In this document: one piece after another, positions 1 through 10,264 of the stretch
Layout of the letters: every line of letters begins with the position of its first letter
How positions within the stretch are numbered: position 1 is the first letter of the stretch
Source: an uncultured Arcobacteraceae bacterium
GTDB lineage: Bacteria; Campylobacterota; Campylobacteria; Campylobacterales; Arcobacteraceae
DNA: 64,000 nt
Direction of reading: 5' to 3'
NCBI GenBank assembly: GCA_964022095.1
Contig: CAXHZO010000001.1
Location: 160,001-224,000, forward strand
Position numbers and translations under genes: made by a program
The notes under the pieces: model-generated
What the model was told of the DNA's origin: nothing
What the model saw: only the letters and a program-made list of their open reading frames with translations
Database searches by the model: none

Positions 1-1197
1 CAAACAATTCACGTAGGGGATATTGAGACTAACTATACTTTTGATAAAGCAAAAATTACAAAAAGAACTGCAAAAATGATTGAAAAGTTCTGTTTAATGT
101 ATGGACTTGAAGATAAAATCATGTTCAAACACCAAAAAATGGCTTTAGGTGTTGGAGAGAAAGAAGTTGAGTTTATTACTAATAGATATAATGAATTCAA
201 AGAAATCTTCCCTTACTTAGAATTATGGGACAAAGAGACATTAAGAGAAAAAGAACCTTTATTAGTTTATGCAGATAAAGAAAGAACAAAAGATAGACCA
301 GAACCAATTGTTGCTATGGGTGCAAGTGATCAATATACAACTGTTGAATATGGTGAAATGACTAAAGAACTTATAAAAGCTGGGCAAGAAGCTGATGAGT
401 CTAAAACAACTGATGTATACTTTAATTCAGAAGTTGAAGAAATTGAAAAAGTTGGAGATACTTATAAAGTAACAACTGTAAATGGTACAGTTTATACTGC
501 TGATTATGTTGTAGTAAATGCTGGTGCTCACTCATTATACTTAGCTCATAAAATGGGTTATGGTAAACACATGGGATCATTATCAATGGCTGGATCATTC
601 TATATTACTAATGATACTTACTTAAATGGTAAAGTATATATGGTACAAAATGATAAATTACCATTTGCAGCACTTCATGGGGACCCTGATATTTTATGTG
701 ATGGGAAAACAAGATTTGGACCAACTGCATTAGCACTATTAGTATTAGAAAGATACAAAGGTGGAAAATCAATATTCCAATGTTTAAAAACATTAAACTT
801 AGATGGTAATATTATAAAAATTTTCTGGGACTTATTAAAAGATTCAGATATCAGAAACTATGTATTTAAAAACTTCTTATTTGAAGTACCAGGAATCAAT
901 AAAAAGTTATTCGTAAAAGATGCGCAAAAAATCGTTCCTTCTTTAAGTACTGAAGACATTGAGTATGCTAAAGGATTTGGTGGGGTTAGACCACAAGTTC
1001 TAGATAAAAATGAACAAAAATTAATGCTTGGTGAAGCATCATTAAGAGAAGATGGAATTATTTTCAATATGACTCCATCTCCAGGTGCGACTTCTTGTTT
1101 AGGAAATGCAGAAAGAGATATTCAATTAGTTTGTGAAAAACTAGGTAAAACTTTCAACCACGAACAATTCTTAGCTGATTTTACTGACGCTGAGTAA
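1..1197 (+). CDS. mqo: Malate:quinone oxidoreductase, epsilonproteobacterial type (5' end lies outside the window)
   Basis: Frame is open from base 1 (QTIHVGDIETNY); motifs LPFAALHGDPD, GFGGVRPQ and FNMTPSPGATSCLGNA. Confidence 0.85.
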   Translation, partial: QTIHVGDIETNYTFDKAKITKRTAKMIEKFCLMYGLEDKIMFKHQKMALGVGEKEVEFITNRYNEFKEIFPYLELWDKETLREKEPLLVYADKERTKDRPEPIVAMGASDQYTTVEYGEMTKELIKAGQEADESKTTDVYFNSEVEEIEKVGDTYKVTTVNGTVYTADYVVVNAGAHSLYLAHKMGYGKHMGSLSMAGSFYITNDTYLNGKVYMVQNDKLPFAALHGDPDILCDGKTRFGPTALALLVLERYKGGKSIFQCLKTLNLDGNIIKIFWDLLKDSDIRNYVFKNFLFEVPGINKKLFVKDAQKIVPSLSTEDIEYAKGFGGVRPQVLDKNEQKLMLGEASLREDGIIFNMTPSPGATSCLGNAERDIQLVCEKLGKTFNHEQFLADFTDAE

Positions 1198-1204
1198 TCT
1201 ACAT

Positions 1205-1236
1205 AAATAAAAGGGTTTTAAGCCCTTTTATTTTTT
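1205..1236 (+). terminator. Intrinsic terminator after mqo
   Basis: AAATAAAAGGG...CCCTTTTATTT stem followed by a T run. Confidence 0.7.
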
Positions 1237-1321
1237 CTACCATATATTCTTCTATATTTATATTCATTTAATCAAATACTTAATAAACTTAACTATAAAC
1301 CAATTTTAAAGGCCATAATAG

Positions 1322-1828
1322 ATGTTTAATGACATTTTCAATGAAAAAGATATGATAAACCTTCAAGAGCTTCTCAGAGCTAATAAAATGACAATAACAA
1401 CAGCAGAATCTTGTACAGGTGGATTAATTGCACATTTAATCACTAAAATATCTGGTTCATCTGATATATTTAATGGTGCAATTGTAAGTTACTCAAATGA
1501 AATAAAACATCAAGAATTAAAAGTAAAAAATGAAACTTTAGAAAATTTTGGTGCAGTATCAAAACAGACAGTTGAAGAGATGCTAAGTGGAACCCTAGAA
1601 AAATTTAGTGCTGACTTTGCTATTGCTATATCTGGTATAGCAGGTCCTAATGGAGGAAGTGATAAAAAACCTGTTGGTACAGTTGTAATAGGGATAAGTG
1701 ACTCAAAGCACCATAAAATAGTTGATACATACCACTTTAATGGCACTAGAGAAGAGGTTCAAATACAAGCTGCAAAGACATCTTTGAAAAAAATTTATAA
1801 ATTTATTCAAAAAAGTCTTGACAAATAA
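1322..1828 (+). CDS. CinA C-terminal domain protein (NMN deamidase, PncC-like)
   Basis: TAESCTGGLIA, SGIAGPNGG and KPVGTV motifs. Confidence 0.9.
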   Translation: MFNDIFNEKDMINLQELLRANKMTITTAESCTGGLIAHLITKISGSSDIFNGAIVSYSNEIKHQELKVKNETLENFGAVSKQTVEEMLSGTLEKFSADFAIAISGIAGPNGGSDKKPVGTVVIGISDSKHHKIVDTYHFNGTREEVQIQAAKTSLKKIYKFIQKSLDK

Positions 1829-1846
1829 AAAAAAACCTATTATAAT
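1818..1846 (+). promoter_or_regulatory. Consensus sigma70 promoter of the tRNA operon
   Basis: TTGACA (1818-1823), 17 nt spacer, TATAAT (1841-1846), 40 nt before tRNA-Lys. Confidence 0.85.
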
Positions 1847-1886
1847 TCCAGTCCATTTTAAGAATAACCACTTAAAATAACAGAGC

Positions 1887-1962
1887 GACCCGTTAGCTCA
1901 GCTGGTAGAGCATCTCCCTTTTAAGGAGGTGGCCGAAGGTTCGAATCCTTCACGGGTCACCA
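1887..1962 (+). tRNA. tRNA-Lys(TTT)
   Basis: Cloverleaf with anticodon loop CTTTTAA, TTCGA loop and encoded CCA. Confidence 0.97.
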
Positions 1963-1979
1963 TTATTATTTACATTGTT

Positions 1980-2054
1980 GGCCCCTTCATCTAGCGGTTA
2001 GGATTCATGGTTTTCATCCATGCCACAGGAGTTCGAGTCTCCTAGGGGTCACCA
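1980..2054 (+). tRNA. tRNA-Glu(TTC)
   Basis: Anticodon arm CATGG-TTTTCAT-CCATG; CCA end. Confidence 0.97.
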
Positions 2055-2064
2055 ACATTTTTAC

Positions 2065-2140
2065 GGTCGATTAGCTCAGTTGGTAGAGCGCTACCCTTAC
2101 AAGGTAGATGTCAGAAGTTCGAGTCTTCTATCGACCACCA
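2065..2140 (+). tRNA. tRNA-Val(TAC)
   Basis: Anticodon arm CTACC-CTTACAA-GGTAG; CCA end. Confidence 0.97.
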
Positions 2141-2155
2141 TTGTTAAAAGTATGT

Positions 2156-2232
2156 GCGGTTGTAGTTTAGTTGGTTAGAATGCCTGCCTGTCACGCAGGA
2201 GGTCGCGAGTTCGAGTCTCGTCAACCGCGCCA
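2156..2232 (+). tRNA. tRNA-Asp(GTC)
   Basis: Anticodon arm CCTGC-CTGTCAC-GCAGG; CCA end. Confidence 0.97.
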
Positions 2233-2250
2233 CTTACTTTTAATATTTTT

Positions 2251-2326
2251 GACCCGTTAGCTCAGCTGGTAGAGCATCTCCCTTTTAAGGAGGTGGCCGA
2301 AGGTTCGAATCCTTCACGGGTCACCA
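2251..2326 (+). tRNA. tRNA-Lys(TTT), second copy
   Basis: Identical to 1887..1962. Confidence 0.97.
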
Positions 2327-2343
2327 TTATTATTTACATTGTT

Positions 2344-2418
2344 GGCCCCTTCATCTAGCGGTTAGGATTCATGGTTTTCATCCATGCCACAGGAGTTCGA
2401 GTCTCCTAGGGGTCACCA
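2344..2418 (+). tRNA. tRNA-Glu(TTC), second copy
   Basis: Identical to 1980..2054. Confidence 0.97.
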
Positions 2419-2428
2419 ACATTTTTAC

Positions 2429-2504
2429 GGTCGATTAGCTCAGTTGGTAGAGCGCTACCCTTACAAGGTAGATGTCAGAAGTTCGAGTCTTCTATCGACC
2501 ACCA
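2429..2504 (+). tRNA. tRNA-Val(TAC), second copy
   Basis: Identical to 2065..2140. Confidence 0.97.
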
Positions 2505-2519
2505 TTGTTAAAAGTATGT

Positions 2520-2596
2520 GCGGTTGTAGTTTAGTTGGTTAGAATGCCTGCCTGTCACGCAGGAGGTCGCGAGTTCGAGTCTCGTCAACCGCGCCA
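2520..2596 (+). tRNA. tRNA-Asp(GTC), second copy
   Basis: Identical to 2156..2232. Confidence 0.97.
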
Positions 2597-2677
2597 CTTA
2601 CTTTTAATATAAAATCCCAAAACTTACTTTTAAATATTTTTTAGTTATCCTTATATACTTATTTTTCAAGGATTCTT

Positions 2678-4261
2678 ATGTTTAAAGCCAAAAGTCTTTA
2701 TCATCTAATTGTATACAGTATTTTATTCATTGTAATTTTAATTTCATTTTTTACTTTTATAATTATTGATAATGCCCATGAAGAATTACAACAAAAAATT
2801 GCAACACAAAAACTCGATTATACAAACAATCAAAAAAATATCTTAAAAAATGACATAGATTCAACAATAAAATTTATAAGTTTTTATCATGAAAAGTTTA
2901 AAGATGTTAAATCAGAAGAAGAGATCAAAAAAGATGTATTTAATGCTTTAAATAAAATGAAACAATCAAATAATATAAACGACTATATTTTTATCTATGA
3001 TAAAAAAGGTAAATTACTATTTTATCCTATAGACCCAAAAGAGATTGGTAAAAATAAACTTGATATGAAAGATGCTGCTGGTAAATTTGTAATAAAAGAT
3101 TTAATTGCAGCAACAAAATTACCAAATGGAGGATTTGTAGATTATATTTGGTTTAAACCAGATATTCAAAAGAATGTAAAAAAAATATCATTTGCCCAGG
3201 TATATGAGAGTTGGGCATGGATAATTGGAAAAGGTGTATATTTAGATGAAATAGATGAACTAGTAACACAAAAAGAAGATGAGTATAATCAAAAGATTTC
3301 AAACTATACATTACAAATATCTTCCCTTACAATTATGCTTGTTTTATATTCAATATTTATTTATAAAAATGCAACTATTTTGATTGTAAATGATGTGAAA
3401 GAAATAGGTAAATATTTTAAAGAGTCGCAAATAGATGATAGTCCAATAAATCAAAACAGATTGATGTTTGGGGAATTTAAAGTAATTGCAAATTATGCAA
3501 CTGATGCAATGAATAATATTAAACTCAAAACCCATATGCTTGAAGATTTAAATAAAAATCTAGAATTTAAAGTTAGTGAAAAAACTAAAGAACTAACAAA
3601 ACTTATTGAATCACAAAAATCATTTATAAAAAACTCTGTACATGAGATTAATACTCCACTATCAATAATTCAAACAAATATCGACTTATTAAAAATGAAA
3701 ATACCTAATAATAAATACATAACACATATAGAATCTGGATCAAAGATTATTCAATACATATATGATGATTTATCTTATCTAATAAAAAAAGATAGAGTCA
3801 TATATGAAAAAGAGTATTTAGACTTTAGTCAAATACTAAATAATAGAATTGAATTTTTTGAAGAGATTGCTATATCAAACTCATTATATTTTATAAGTAA
3901 CATTGAAAATGATATATATATTAAATTCAATACAACAGAACTTCAAAGAATAATTGATAATAACTTATCTAATGCAATAAAGTACTCATACTCAAAATCT
4001 CCAATTTTTGTAAAACTAGACTATACACAAGATGATGATGTAGAGTTTAGCGTTACTACTAATTCTAAGAAGATTGAATATCAAAATAAAATATTTGATG
4101 ACTTTTATAGAGAAAATTCTGCCCGTGGTGGATTTGGATTAGGACTAAAAATAGTAAAAGAGATATGTGATAAAAATTTAGTTATAATTAAATTAGAGTC
4201 TACGGATAAAGAAACAAAATTTACTTACAGGTTTAAAATAAATGAAGATACTACTGCTTGA
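2678..4261 (+). CDS. Sensor histidine kinase with periplasmic single Cache (sCache_2-like) domain
   Basis: Two TM segments flank YIFIYD...KDAAGKF...GGFVDYIW...WIIGKGVY; H-box HEINTPL; N-box NNLSNAIKYS; GFGLGL. Confidence 0.9.
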   Translation: MFKAKSLYHLIVYSILFIVILISFFTFIIIDNAHEELQQKIATQKLDYTNNQKNILKNDIDSTIKFISFYHEKFKDVKSEEEIKKDVFNALNKMKQSNNINDYIFIYDKKGKLLFYPIDPKEIGKNKLDMKDAAGKFVIKDLIAATKLPNGGFVDYIWFKPDIQKNVKKISFAQVYESWAWIIGKGVYLDEIDELVTQKEDEYNQKISNYTLQISSLTIMLVLYSIFIYKNATILIVNDVKEIGKYFKESQIDDSPINQNRLMFGEFKVIANYATDAMNNIKLKTHMLEDLNKNLEFKVSEKTKELTKLIESQKSFIKNSVHEINTPLSIIQTNIDLLKMKIPNNKYITHIESGSKIIQYIYDDLSYLIKKDRVIYEKEYLDFSQILNNRIEFFEEIAISNSLYFISNIENDIYIKFNTTELQRIIDNNLSNAIKYSYSKSPIFVKLDYTQDDDVEFSVTTNSKKIEYQNKIFDDFYRENSARGGFGLGLKIVKEICDKNLVIIKLESTDKETKFTYRFKINEDTTA

Positions 4262-4904
4262 AGATGAATTAATGTTAAATAACTCAATTACTGAGTATTT
4301 AAAAGACATAGGACATATGATTGAAAGTTTTACTGATGGACAAGAGGTTTTAGATAATGTTGATAACAGCTATGACCTTTTAATTTTAGACATAAATACT
4401 CCCACAAAAGATGGTTTTGAAATTTTAACAGAACTCAACTCAAGAAAGATATACATTCCAACTATATTTATTTCTGCACTTATTGATATAGAAGATATAA
4501 CAAAAGCATATGATCTGGGATGTAGAGAATATATAAAGAAACCTTTTCATTTAGGAGAGCTTGGTATAAAAATAAACCAAATCTTAAAGAAAGAGCAGAA
4601 TAATACTTCACATATAAGGTTTTCAGAAAACTACTCTTATTCAAAAGATAAGAAAACTCTTTATTTTAATAGTGAACCACAAAACCTAACAAAGAAACAA
4701 CTTGATATTATTCATATATTAGCCCTTAACATTAATATGATTGTTGACTTCGAAAGATTTAGAATTGACATCTGGGATGGTGAAAATATAGATAATCCTA
4801 CTATTAGAGCTGAAATTTCGCGACTAAAAAAGGCATTAAAAGAGGATTTCATTAAAAACATTAGAGGATTAGGGTATAAAATCGATAGATTCTACTCTGT
4901 TTAA
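4242..4904 (+). CDS. OmpR/PhoB-family response regulator
   Basis: REC domain (LLEDE, LILDI, KPF) plus winged-helix C-terminus (IKNIRGLGYKI). Confidence 0.92.
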   Translation: MKILLLEDELMLNNSITEYLKDIGHMIESFTDGQEVLDNVDNSYDLLILDINTPTKDGFEILTELNSRKIYIPTIFISALIDIEDITKAYDLGCREYIKKPFHLGELGIKINQILKKEQNNTSHIRFSENYSYSKDKKTLYFNSEPQNLTKKQLDIIHILALNINMIVDFERFRIDIWDGENIDNPTIRAEISRLKKALKEDFIKNIRGLGYKIDRFYSV

Positions 4905-4938
4905 AAACCTCTACAAAATGGGTCTTTCTGACCCAAAA

Positions 4939-5021
4939 TGCTACTTTATTACTACTTAAAAAAACAAATTTCAAAAATTAACTTTCATTGCTACGCTTTT
5001 GCAACCATAACTTATTAGAAT
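4939..5021 (+). promoter_or_regulatory. Two TGCTAC-type direct-repeat operators and a -10 element
   Basis: TGCTAC-N5-TACTAC (4939-4955), TGCTAC-N5-TGCAAC (4989-5005), then 10 nt and TAGAAT (5016-5021). Confidence 0.6.
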
Positions 5022-5079
5022 TTCAATGTTAACTTATTAAACAGTTTGTTGTTTGATAAAATTAAAAAAGGAGAGCAGA

Positions 5080-5334
5080 ATGAGTCCAGAAAAAGCACAA
5101 GCATACTGGAAAGAAAATATATCGATGATTATTAAGTTATTAGTAGTTTGGTTTGTAGTTTCTTTCGGTTGCGGGATATTATTCATAAATGAGCTTAACG
5201 CCATTGAAATCAGTGGAGTTAAATTAGGTTATTGGTTTGCACAACAAGGTGCAATTTATGTATTCGTTATCTTAATCTTTGTTTACGTTAAAGCAATGAC
5301 AGGTATTGACGAAAAATACGGCGTACACGAGTAG
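5080..5334 (+). CDS. Solute:sodium symporter small subunit (DUF4212 family)
   Basis: AYWKEN and LGYWFAQQGAI motifs, two TM helices; ATG at 5080 follows AAGGAG. Confidence 0.85.
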   Translation: MSPEKAQAYWKENISMIIKLLVVWFVVSFGCGILFINELNAIEISGVKLGYWFAQQGAIYVFVILIFVYVKAMTGIDEKYGVHE

Positions 5335-5345
5335 GAGTTTAAAGT

Positions 5346-7223
5346 ATGGAATTACAATCATTAATTTATCTATTCGTAGGTATTTCATTCGCAGTTTACA
5401 TTGGTATTGCTTTATGGGCAAAAGCTGGATCTACTAAAGATTTCTATGTTGCAGGTGGTGGAGTTCACCCAGTTGCAAATGGTATGGCTACAGCTGCAGA
5501 CTGGATGTCAGCAGCGTCATTTATCTCTTTAGCAGGTATTATTTCGTTCAAAGGTTCTGATGGTGGTGCTTATTTAATGGGATGGACTGGTGGATACGTT
5601 CTACTAGCTATGTTATTAGCTCCTTATTTAAGAAAATTTGGTAAGTTTACAGTTCCTGATTTCGTTGGTGACAGATACTACTCTGACACAGCTAGATTAG
5701 TTGCAGTTATTTCAGTAATCTTCGTTTCGTTCACATATGTTGCTGGACAAATGAGAGGTGTTGGTATCGTATTCTCAAGATTCTTACAAGTTGATGTTAA
5801 TACAGGTGTTATGATTGGTATGGCTGTTGTATTCTTCTACTCTGTTCTTGGTGGTATGAAGGGTATTACATATACTCAAGTTGCACAATATGTTGTTATG
5901 ATTTTCGCATACATGATTCCTGCGATTTTCTTATCATTACAAGTTACTGATACGTTCTTACCACAATTAGGTATTTTCGCTCAAACTACATTTGCATTTG
6001 ATTCAGGTGTACAAGTTATTCCAGAAGGTACATATCTGTTGCATGCACTAGACCAAGCTATTGTTGACTTAGGTTTTACTGCATATACACAACCAGGTAA
6101 CTTATGGAACATGTTTATGTTAACTACAGCATTAATGCTTGGTACTGCTGGTCTTCCACACGTTATTGTTAGATTCTTTACAGTTCCAACTGTAAAAGAT
6201 GCTAGAATTTCTGCTGGTTGGGCGTTAGTATTTATTGCTATTATGTATACAACTATTTCATCTGTTGCTTCTTTCTCAAGAGTTAACTTAATTAAGAACT
6301 TACAGAATACTGAGTATAAAGCATTTGTTAATGGTGAATTAACTCACGCTGACGGTACACCAAATGATGGTAACTGGTTTAAAACTTGGGAAAATGGTGG
6401 TCTATTAGCATGGACTGATAGAAATGGTGACGGTAAAATTCAATATGCTGCAGGTGCTGCATTTGATGGTGCAAAAGGTAAACCAGCATTTGATGGTGAA
6501 AACAGAGCAGAAGACGGTCACAGATTAACTACTAACGGTAAAGCTGCCGCTAATAGTGGAAAAATTGAAAATGAATTATATGTTGATAGAGATATCATGG
6601 TACTTGCAAATCCTGAAATTGCAAACTTACCAAACTGGGTTATTGCGTTTATTGCAGCTGGTGGTTTAGCAGCAGCATTATCAACAGCAGCAGGTTTATT
6701 ACTTGTAATTGCTTCAGCGATTTCACATGACTTAATGGGTCAAGTTATCTTTAAAGACAAAGAAACTGGTAAATCTACATTAAACGAGAAAACAGAGTTA
6801 ATGTGGGCAAGAATTTCAGCAGTAGCTGCAATTTGTGTTGCAGGTTACTTAGGAATTAACCCTCCAGGATTCGTTGCACAAGTTGTTGCATTTGCATTTG
6901 GTTTAGCAGCAGCAGCATTCTTCCCAACAATTATCCTTGGGGTATTTGATAAGAGAATGAACAAAGAAGGTGCAATTGCTGGTATTTTAACTGGTTTAAT
7001 CTTCACATTCGGATATATTATATACTTCGTATTTATGGGTGGAGATAAAGCTGATTACCTATTTGGAATTGCTCCAACTGGTATTGGTACAGTTGGAACA
7101 TTATTACACCTAATCGTAGCATTAGTTGTATCTAGAATGACTCCAGAGCCTCCTGCAGAGATTCAAGAGTTAGTTGAGTCTATTAGACTTCCTAACGGTG
7201 CTGGTGAGGCTGTAGATCACTAG
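5346..7223 (+). CDS. Sodium:solute symporter, ActP-related (VC_2705-like subfamily)
   Basis: DFYVAGGGV, ADWMSAAS and [15 protein letters not shown] motifs; extracytoplasmic insert with DRNGDGKIQY. Confidence 0.88.
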   Translation: MELQSLIYLFVGISFAVYIGIALWAKAGSTKDFYVAGGGVHPVANGMATAADWMSAASFISLAGIISFKGSDGGAYLMGWTGGYVLLAMLLAPYLRKFGKFTVPDFVGDRYYSDTARLVAVISVIFVSFTYVAGQMRGVGIVFSRFLQVDVNTGVMIGMAVVFFYSVLGGMKGITYTQVAQYVVMIFAYMIPAIFLSLQVTDTFLPQLGIFAQTTFAFDSGVQVIPEGTYLLHALDQAIVDLGFTAYTQPGNLWNMFMLTTALMLGTAGLPHVIVRFFTVPTVKDARISAGWALVFIAIMYTTISSVASFSRVNLIKNLQNTEYKAFVNGELTHADGTPNDGNWFKTWENGGLLAWTDRNGDGKIQYAAGAAFDGAKGKPAFDGENRAEDGHRLTTNGKAAANSGKIENELYVDRDIMVLANPEIANLPNWVIAFIAAGGLAAALSTAAGLLLVIASAISHDLMGQVIFKDKETGKSTLNEKTELMWARISAVAAICVAGYLGINPPGFVAQVVAFAFGLAAAAFFPTIILGVFDKRMNKEGAIAGILTGLIFTFGYIIYFVFMGGDKADYLFGIAPTGIGTVGTLLHLIVALVVSRMTPEPPAEIQELVESIRLPNGAGEAVDH

Positions 7224-7233
7224 TAACTAAACA

Positions 7234-7276
7234 CACTAAAGATATACCTTTTAGGTATATCTTTTAGTGCTTTTTT
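7234..7276 (+). terminator. Hairpin/terminator after the symporter
   Basis: CACTAAAGATATACC-TTTTA-GGTATATCTTTTAGTG followed by a T run. Confidence 0.7.
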
Positions 7277-7322
7277 ATGTTAAAATAATTTAATATAAAA
7301 AAGTACTTCACTAAGGAAAATA

Positions 7323-9143
7323 ATGAGTCTTCAAGATCAAGAACTATTCCTATCAAAAATTCCCCCTTTTCAAGCATTAACACAAAAGCAAATGGATTAT
7401 TGTATTAAGCATATGGATATTGCTTATTATCCAAAAGATTCAACACTAATTACACCAGAAAGAATTAGCGATCATTTCTTTATCATTATAAAAGGTACTG
7501 TATTTGAATACTCAAATGAAAATGCAGTTATTATGGATTACCATAGTGAAGATTCCTTTGATTCAAATTCATTAATATATGGAAAAGGTAAAAATACCTT
7601 TAAAGTTCATGAAGATTTAATTTGTTATGAATTAGAAAAAAATGCTTTTTTAAAACTAATAGAAGATAATCAAGAATTTAAAGACTTTTATCTAAAAGAT
7701 TTAGTAAATAAAATTAAAACTCTAAAAGATAAAGAATATACATCTGAACTATCTTCATTTATGATTGCAAAAGTTGATGATACCTTAATACATGAAGCTT
7801 GTATTGTTGAAGAAGATACAAAACTAAATGATGCAATATCAAAATCAATGGAATTTAAAACTTCTACAATTATTGTAAAAAGAAGTGATGGTGTTTATGG
7901 AATTATTACAGACTCACTATTAAAAGTTAAGGTATTACTTGAAGGAAGAAATTTAGATATTCCTGTTAAAGATATTGCAATATTTCCTCTTTTAACTGTA
8001 TTTAGTGATGATTACTTATTTGAAGCACTTACTTTACTTATTAAAAGAAATATAAAAAGAGTTGGGGTAACAAATAATGATGGTGAAATGATTGGTATTT
8101 TAGAACAAATAGATGTACTTTCTCATTTTGCAAATCATACATATGTAGTTGATTCAAAAATAAAAAAAGCAAAAAATATTGAAGATTTAAAAAATGCAAG
8201 TAGTGATTTAATTAATATTATCAGAAGTTTACATGCAAAAGGTGTAAAAGTAAATCACATCTCTAATTTAATAGGTCAGTTAAATACGAAAGTCTATCAA
8301 AAACTATACAAACTAATTGTTCCTGAAAAAATACAATATGATGCATGTTTCATGGTAATGGGGAGTGAAGGAAGAAATGAACAAATTATCAAGACAGATC
8401 AAGATAATGCACTTGTAGTAAAAGATGGCGTTGATGTAGAGCAATATAGAGAATATATGAATACAATTATTGAACATCTAATTGATTTTGGTTATCCTCC
8501 TTGTGAAGGTAATATTATGGTTTCAAACCCATTTTGGTGTAAAACAGTTAGCCAATATAAAGCAGAAACTGCAAGATGGATTGAAGCACCTGATATGCAA
8601 AACTATATGGATTTAGCAATATTCTTTGATTCATTTGCAGTTGCTGGAGATAAAACACTTCTAATAAATTTAAAAGATGATTTATTTGATAAACTACATG
8701 ATAAAGATGTATTTATGGCATATTTTGCAAAAGCAACTTTAACATTTGATACTCCAAGTTCAGTATCAAACTTTATGACAAAATCAAATAAACTAGATAT
8801 TAAAAAAGTTGCAGTATTCCCAATAGTTCAAGGAATAAGAAGTTTAGCTTTAAGAGAAAGAATTAGAGAAACAACAACTGTAAAGAGAATTAAAATTCTA
8901 CAACAAAGAGGCGAAATAGAAAAAGAAAAAGCAGATGAACTACTTGAAGCTTTTGATGTTGTAAATACTTTAAGATTAAAATCTCAGCTTGAATCAATTC
9001 AAGAAGGTAAAAAGATTGGGAATGAGATAGATACTCATACTTTAGGAAAAATCGAAAGAGATTTATTAAAAGACTCATTAAAAATTATTGTTGAATTTAA
9101 AAAATTCATTTCATATAAATTCCAAACTGATAAGATTTCATGA
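7323..9143 (+). CDS. cNMP-binding/CBS-pair/DUF294 nucleotidyltransferase-like protein (copy 1)
   Basis: N-terminal cNMP-like domain, CBS pair, GSEGRNEQIIKTDQDNAL nucleotidyltransferase motif, CEGNIMVSNP, DUF294_C region. Confidence 0.88.
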   Translation: MSLQDQELFLSKIPPFQALTQKQMDYCIKHMDIAYYPKDSTLITPERISDHFFIIIKGTVFEYSNENAVIMDYHSEDSFDSNSLIYGKGKNTFKVHEDLICYELEKNAFLKLIEDNQEFKDFYLKDLVNKIKTLKDKEYTSELSSFMIAKVDDTLIHEACIVEEDTKLNDAISKSMEFKTSTIIVKRSDGVYGIITDSLLKVKVLLEGRNLDIPVKDIAIFPLLTVFSDDYLFEALTLLIKRNIKRVGVTNNDGEMIGILEQIDVLSHFANHTYVVDSKIKKAKNIEDLKNASSDLINIIRSLHAKGVKVNHISNLIGQLNTKVYQKLYKLIVPEKIQYDACFMVMGSEGRNEQIIKTDQDNALVVKDGVDVEQYREYMNTIIEHLIDFGYPPCEGNIMVSNPFWCKTVSQYKAETARWIEAPDMQNYMDLAIFFDSFAVAGDKTLLINLKDDLFDKLHDKDVFMAYFAKATLTFDTPSSVSNFMTKSNKLDIKKVAVFPIVQGIRSLALRERIRETTTVKRIKILQQRGEIEKEKADELLEAFDVVNTLRLKSQLESIQEGKKIGNEIDTHTLGKIERDLLKDSLKIIVEFKKFISYKFQTDKIS

Positions 9144-9775
9144 TGTTCGATAACTTTTTTAGAAATTTAAATAAAAAAAGACTAAAAGATGATAAATACC
9201 TTTACTTATTTGATGAGCCAATAAAAGGAGAGTATATATCACTTGATTGTGAGACTAGTGGATTAAATCCAAAAAAAGATGAAATCTTATCTATTGGTGC
9301 AGTTAAAATAAAAGACAATAAAGTAATAATGCGTGATACTTTTAATATTTTTGTAAAACCATCAAAACAAATTGCTGCTGAGTCTATAAAAATTCATAGA
9401 ATTAGACCAATTGATTTAGAAAATGCAATAGATCCACAAAAGGCAATTTTTGACTTACTTGAATTTATTGGGCCTACTCCAATTGTGGGATATTATATTA
9501 AGTTTGATATTGCAATGATATCAAAGTATACAAAAAAATATTTAGGAATTAAACTTCCTAATGAAACAATAGAAGTATCTTCAATGTATTATAAAACTAG
9601 AAAAAAATCTAGTGAATATGAATTTATTGATTTAAAATTTGATACAATTATGAAAAATCTTGATATTCCAGAATTAGGAAAGCATGATGCACTAAATGAT
9701 GCAATTATGACTTCAATGATGTTTTTAAAACTACGAGATTTAACTCCAGCTAAGACTACTTTCTATACAAATTAA
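9140..9775 (+). CDS. DEDDh 3'-5' exonuclease (DnaQ-like, copy 1)
   Basis: LDCETSGL, GYYIKFD and HDALNDA motifs; ATGA overlap with the upstream gene. Confidence 0.88.
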   Translation: MMFDNFFRNLNKKRLKDDKYLYLFDEPIKGEYISLDCETSGLNPKKDEILSIGAVKIKDNKVIMRDTFNIFVKPSKQIAAESIKIHRIRPIDLENAIDPQKAIFDLLEFIGPTPIVGYYIKFDIAMISKYTKKYLGIKLPNETIEVSSMYYKTRKKSSEYEFIDLKFDTIMKNLDIPELGKHDALNDAIMTSMMFLKLRDLTPAKTTFYTN

Positions 9776-9888
9776 CGCTTCAAAAAGTTACAAAATTATT
9801 TTTTATAGCTTAAATTATATTTAAATCTACCTAATAATATATCTCCCTTATATTTGCTATGTATAATTCTATCTATTTTAATTCAAAA

Positions 9889-9905
9889 TGCTATATTAAT
9901 GCTAT
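9889..9905 (+). promoter_or_regulatory. TGCTAT-N5-TGCTAT direct-repeat operator
   Basis: Same 11-bp-period motif as at 4939, 4989, 12161 and 16900. Confidence 0.55.
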
Positions 9906-9949
9906 CTTAGCGCTTTAAGGATTTTGTATTAATTAAATAGGAGGCAAAA

Positions 9950-10264
9950 ATGAATGACGAGTTAGTAAATCGAATAAAAAACAACTCAAAATATCAAGAA
10001 CTAGTAAAAAAAAGAAATAGCTTTGCACTGAAGCTGTCAATTTTTGTATTAGTTATGTTTTATGCATATATTTTAACAATTGCATTTAATCCAAGTATAT
10101 TAGGAACATTGACTGGTGAAGGTGTAATGACTATTGCATTTCCAGTTGCTGCTTCTATTATTATTGTGAGTTTTATTACAACATTAATTTATGTAAGAAG
10201 AGCTAATGGTGAGTTTGAAGACTTAACAAATGAAGTAAAAAAAGATGTAAAGGATTTAATGTAA
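9950..10264 (+). CDS. DUF485 membrane protein (YjcH-like ActP partner), copy 1
   Basis: KYQELVKKR and [12 protein letters not shown] motifs; directly upstream of actP. Confidence 0.88.
   Translation: MNDELVNRIKNNSKYQELVKKRNSFALKLSIFVLVMFYAYILTIAFNPSILGTLTGEGVMTIAFPVAASIIIVSFITTLIYVRRANGEFEDLTNEVKKDVKDLM

Larger units (their letters stand above)
1887..2610 (+). repeat. Tandem direct duplication of the four-tRNA block, 364-bp period
   Basis: 1887..2246 matches 2251..2610, spacers included. Confidence 0.95.

Noticed and set aside
1887-2677. tRNA cluster as an integration site for the downstream acetate locus
   Set aside because: No integrase and no duplicated tRNA 3' end downstream; the locus looks native in composition.
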